DNA of 64,000 bases. Source: Eledone cirrhosa (Eukaryota). The notes under the pieces are model-generated. The model worked only from the letters and a program-made list of their open reading frames with translations. It was not told the DNA's origin and made no database searches. The translations under genes and the position numbers were made by a program. Shown here piece after piece: positions 59,501-64,000 of this stretch. Within the stretch, counting starts at the first letter, position 1. The number at the start of each line of letters is the position of its first letter. The DNA lies in assembly GCA_964016885.1 (NCBI GenBank), contig OZ024741.1:52824001-52888000 (forward strand), read 5' to 3'.

Positions 59501-62500
59501 ACAACACAATAGGTCTCAACTCAACGCAAACACAACACAATAGGTCAAAACTTAACACAAACACAACACAATAGGTCTCAACTCAACACAAACACAACAC
59601 AATAGGTCACGACTCAACACAAACAAAACACGATAGGTCTCAACTCAACACAAACACTACCCAATAGGTCACAACTCAACACAAACACAACACAATAGAT
59701 CACAACTCAACACAAACACAACACAATAGGTCTCAACTCGACACAAACAGAACACAATATGTTTCAACTCAAAACAAACACAACACAATAGGTCTCAACT
59801 CAACACAAACACAACACAATAGGTCTCAACTAAACGCAAGCACAACACAATAGGTCACAACTCAACACAAATACAATACAATAGGTCTCAACTCAACACA
59901 AACACAACACAATAGGTCTCAACTCAACACAAACACAACACAATAGGTCTCAACTCGACACAAACACAACACAATGGGTCTCAACTCAACACAAACACAA
60001 CACAATAGGTCTCAACTCGATACAAACACAACACAATAGGTCTCAACTCAACGCAAACAAAACATAATAGGTCAAAACTCAACACAAACACAACACAATA
60101 GTTCTCAACTCGACACAAACACAACACAATAGGTCTCAACTCAACACAAACACAACACAATAGGTCACGACTCAACACAAACAAAACACGAGAGGTCTCA
60201 ACTCAACACAAACACAACACAATAGGTCACAACTCAACACAAACACAACACAATAGGTCACAACTCAACACAAACACAACACAATAGGTCTCAACTCGAC
60301 ACAAACAGAACACAATAGGTTTCAACTCAAAACAAACACAACACAATAGGTCTCAACTCAACACAAACACAACAGAATAGGTCTCAACTCAACACAACAC
60401 AATACAATAGGTCTCAACTCAACACAAACACAACTCAATAGGTCACTACTCAACGCAAATACAACACAAACACAGCACAATAGGTCTCAAATCAATACAA
60501 ACACAACACAATAGGTCACAAATCAAAAGAAACACAACACAATAGCTCTGAACTCAACACAAACACAACAGAATAGTTCACAGCTGAACACAAACACAAC
60601 AAAATAGGCACAACTCAACACAAACACAACACAATAGGTCACAATCTAACACGAACACGACACAATAGGTCACAACTCAACACAAACACAACAGAATTTG
60701 GTGACAACTCAACACAAACACAACACAATAGGTCTCAACTCAACACAAAAACAACACAATAGTTCTATACTCAACCCAAACACAACACAATAGGTCTCAA
60801 CTCAACACAAACACAACGCAATAGGTCTCAGCTCAACACAAACACAATAAAAAACACCAACGCAACACAATAGGTCTCAACTCAACACAAGCACGAAAAA
60901 ACAAACAACAACACAATAGGTCACAACTCGACACAAACACAACACAATATGTCTCAACTCAACACAAACACAACACAATAGGTCACAATCTAACACAAAC
61001 ACAACACAATAGGTCACAACTTAACACAAACACAACAGAATTTGGTGACAACTCAACACAAACACAACACAATAGGTCTCAACTCAACACAAACACAACA
61101 CAATAGTTCTGAACTCAACCCAAACACAACACAATAGGTCTCAACTCAACACATGCACAAAAAACACAAACACAACACAATAGGTCATTACTCAAGGCAA
61201 ACACAACACAAGCACAACACAATAGGTCTCAAATCAACACAAACACAACACAATAGGTCCCAACTCAATACAAACACAACACAATAGGCCTCAACTCAAC
61301 ACAAACACAACACAATAGCTCTCAACTCGACACAAAGACAACACAATAGGTCTCAACTCGACACAAACACAACACAATAGGTCTCAACTCAACACAAACA
61401 CAACACAATAGGTCACAACTCAACACAAACACAACACAATAGGTCTCAACTCCACACAAACACAACACAATAGAACACAACTCAATACAAACAACAACAC
61501 AATAGGTCACAACTCAACACAAACACAACACAATAGTTTTCAACTCAAAACAAACACAACACAATAGGTCTCAACTCAACACAAACAAAACAGAACAGGT
61601 CTCAACTCAACACAAACACAATACAATAGGTCTCAACTCATCAAAAACACAACACAATAGGTCATAACTCAAGACAAACGCAACACAATAGGTCATAACT
61701 CAAGACAAACGCAACACAATAGGTCACAACTCAACACAAACACAACACAATAGGTCATTACTCAACACAAACACAACACAAACACAACACAATAGGTCTC
61801 AAATCAACACAAACACAACACAATAGATCCCAACTCAATACAAACACAACACAATAGGTCTCACCTCAACACAAACACAACACACTAGGTCTCAACTCAA
61901 CACAAACACAACACAATAGCTCTCAACTCGACACATTCTCAACACAATAGGTCTCAACTCAACACAAACACAACACAATAGGTCTCAACTCAACACAAAC
62001 ACAACACAATAGGTTTCAACTGAACACAACACAATACAATAGGTCTCAACTCAACGCAAACAAAACATAATAGGTCAAAACTCAACACAAACACAACACA
62101 ATAGTTCTCAACTCGACACAAACACAACACAATAGGTCTCAACTCAACACAAACACAACACAATAGGTCACGACTCAACACAAACAAAACACGAGAGGTC
62201 TCAACTCAACACAAACACAACACAATAGGTCACAACTCAACACAAACACAACACAATAGGTCACAACTCAACACAAACACAACACAATAGGTCTCAACTC
62301 GACACAAACAGAACACAATAGGTTTCAACTCAAAACAAACACAACACAATAGGTCTCAACTCAACACAAACACAACAGAATAGGTCTCAACTCAACACAA
62401 CACAATACAATAGGTCTCAACTCAACACAAACACAACTCAATAGGTCACTACTCAACGCAAATACAACACAAACACAGCACAATAGGTCTCAAATCAATA

Positions 62501-64000
62501 CAAACACAACACAATAGGTCACAAATCAAAAGAAACACAACACAATAGCTCTGAACTCAACACAAACACAACAGAATAGTTCACAGCTGAACACAAACAC
62601 AACAAAATAGGCACAACTCAACACAAACACAACACAATAGGTCACAATCTAACACGAACACGACACAATAGGTCACAACTCAACACAAACACAACAGAAT
62701 TTGGTGACAACTCAACACAAACACAACACAATAGGTCTCAACTCAACACAAAAACAACACAATAGTTCTATACTCAACCCAAACACAACACAATAGGTCT
62801 CAACTCAACACAAACACAACGCAATAGGTCTCAGCTCAACACAAACACAATAAAAAACACCAACGCAACACAATAGGTCTCAACTCAACACAAGCACGAA
62901 AAAACAAACAACAACACAATAGGTCACAACTCGACACAAACACAACACAATATGTCTCAACTCAACACAAACACAACACAATAGGTCACAATCTAACACA
63001 AACACAACACAATAGGTCACAACTTAACACAAACACAACAGAATTTGGTGACAACTCAACACAAACACAACACAATAGGTCTCAACTCAACACAAACACA
63101 ACACAATAGTTCTGAACTCAACCCAAACACAACACAATAGGTCTCAACTCAACACATGCACAAAAAACACAAACACAACACAATAGGTCATTACTCAAGG
63201 CAAACACAACACAAGCACAACACAATAGGTCTCAAATCAACACAAACACAACACAATGGGTCCCAACTCAATACAAACACAACACAATAGGCCTCAACTC
63301 AACACAAACACAACACAATAGCTCTCAACTCGACACAAAGACAACACAATAGGTCTCAACTCGACACAAACACAACACAATAGGTCTCAACTCAACACAA
63401 ACACAACACAATAGGTCACAACTCAACACAAACACAACACAATAGGTCTCAACTCCACACAAACACAACACAATAGAACACAACTCAATACAAACAACAA
63501 CACAATAGGTCACAACTCAACACAAACACAACACAATAGTTTTCAACTCAAAACAAACACAACACAATAGGTCTCAACTCAACACAAACAAAACAGAACA
63601 GGTCTCAACTCAACACAAACACAATACAATAGGTCTCAACTCATCAAAAACACAACACAATAGGTCATAACTCAAGACAAACGCAACACAATAGGTCATA
63701 ACTCAAGACAAACGCAACACAATAGGTCACAACTCAACACAAACACAACACAATAGGTCATTACTCAACACAAACACAACACAAACACAACACAATAGGT
63801 CTCAAATCAACACAAACACAACACAATAGATCCCAACTCAATACAAACACAACACAATAGGTCTCACCTCAACACAAACACAACACACTAGGTCTCAACT
63901 CAACACAAACACAACACAATAGCTCTCAACTCGACACATTCTCAACACAATAGGTCTCAACTCAACACAAACACAACACAATAGGTCTCAACTCAACACA
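41520..64000. repeat. 31-bp satellite array, over 22 kb, running off the window end
   Basis: Consensus AATAGGTC(T/A)CAACTCAACACAAACACAACAC; e.g. aatagg at 41826 and 41857. Confidence 0.98.

Noticed and set aside
41520-64000. Satellite as a CRISPR array, or its Cys/Val-rich minus-strand ORFs as genes
   Set aside because: Monomers abut with no unique spacers and no cas genes are present; the ORFs are translations of the 31-bp repeat.

Overview
AT-rich, repeat-saturated animal genomic DNA with no host gene that I can recognise. The SINE families and (TA)n density suggest an octopus or related cephalopod (inference). Bases 1-41,500 are a mosaic of (TA)n microsatellites. They carry three Penelope-like retroelements (PLE: RT + CxCx5Cx5C linker + GIY-YIG), a near-full-length Tx1/L1 LINE sitting in a (GATA)n tract, hAT and RTE remnants, a non-autonomous Helitron and tRNA-derived SINEs. 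They also hold about 20 intact or variant type I hammerhead ribozyme (HHR) motifs, mostly in fold-back or tandem insertions. Bases 41,520-64,000 are a 31-bp A/C-rich satellite with 5,154-bp and ~2-kb higher-order duplications. The main finding is two divergent non-coding tandem families (9,997-12,566, ~430-nt monomer; 24,381-25,632, 466-nt monomer). They share a colinear multi-helix RNA architecture with compensatory base changes wrapped around a hammerhead, so they are a candidate large structured retrozyme/circRNA system. A second family (3,316-3,560; 4,889-5,423) has the same PLE-style insertion architecture but carries a tRNA cloverleaf instead of a hammerhead. All structures were read by eye; no folding or database search was run.
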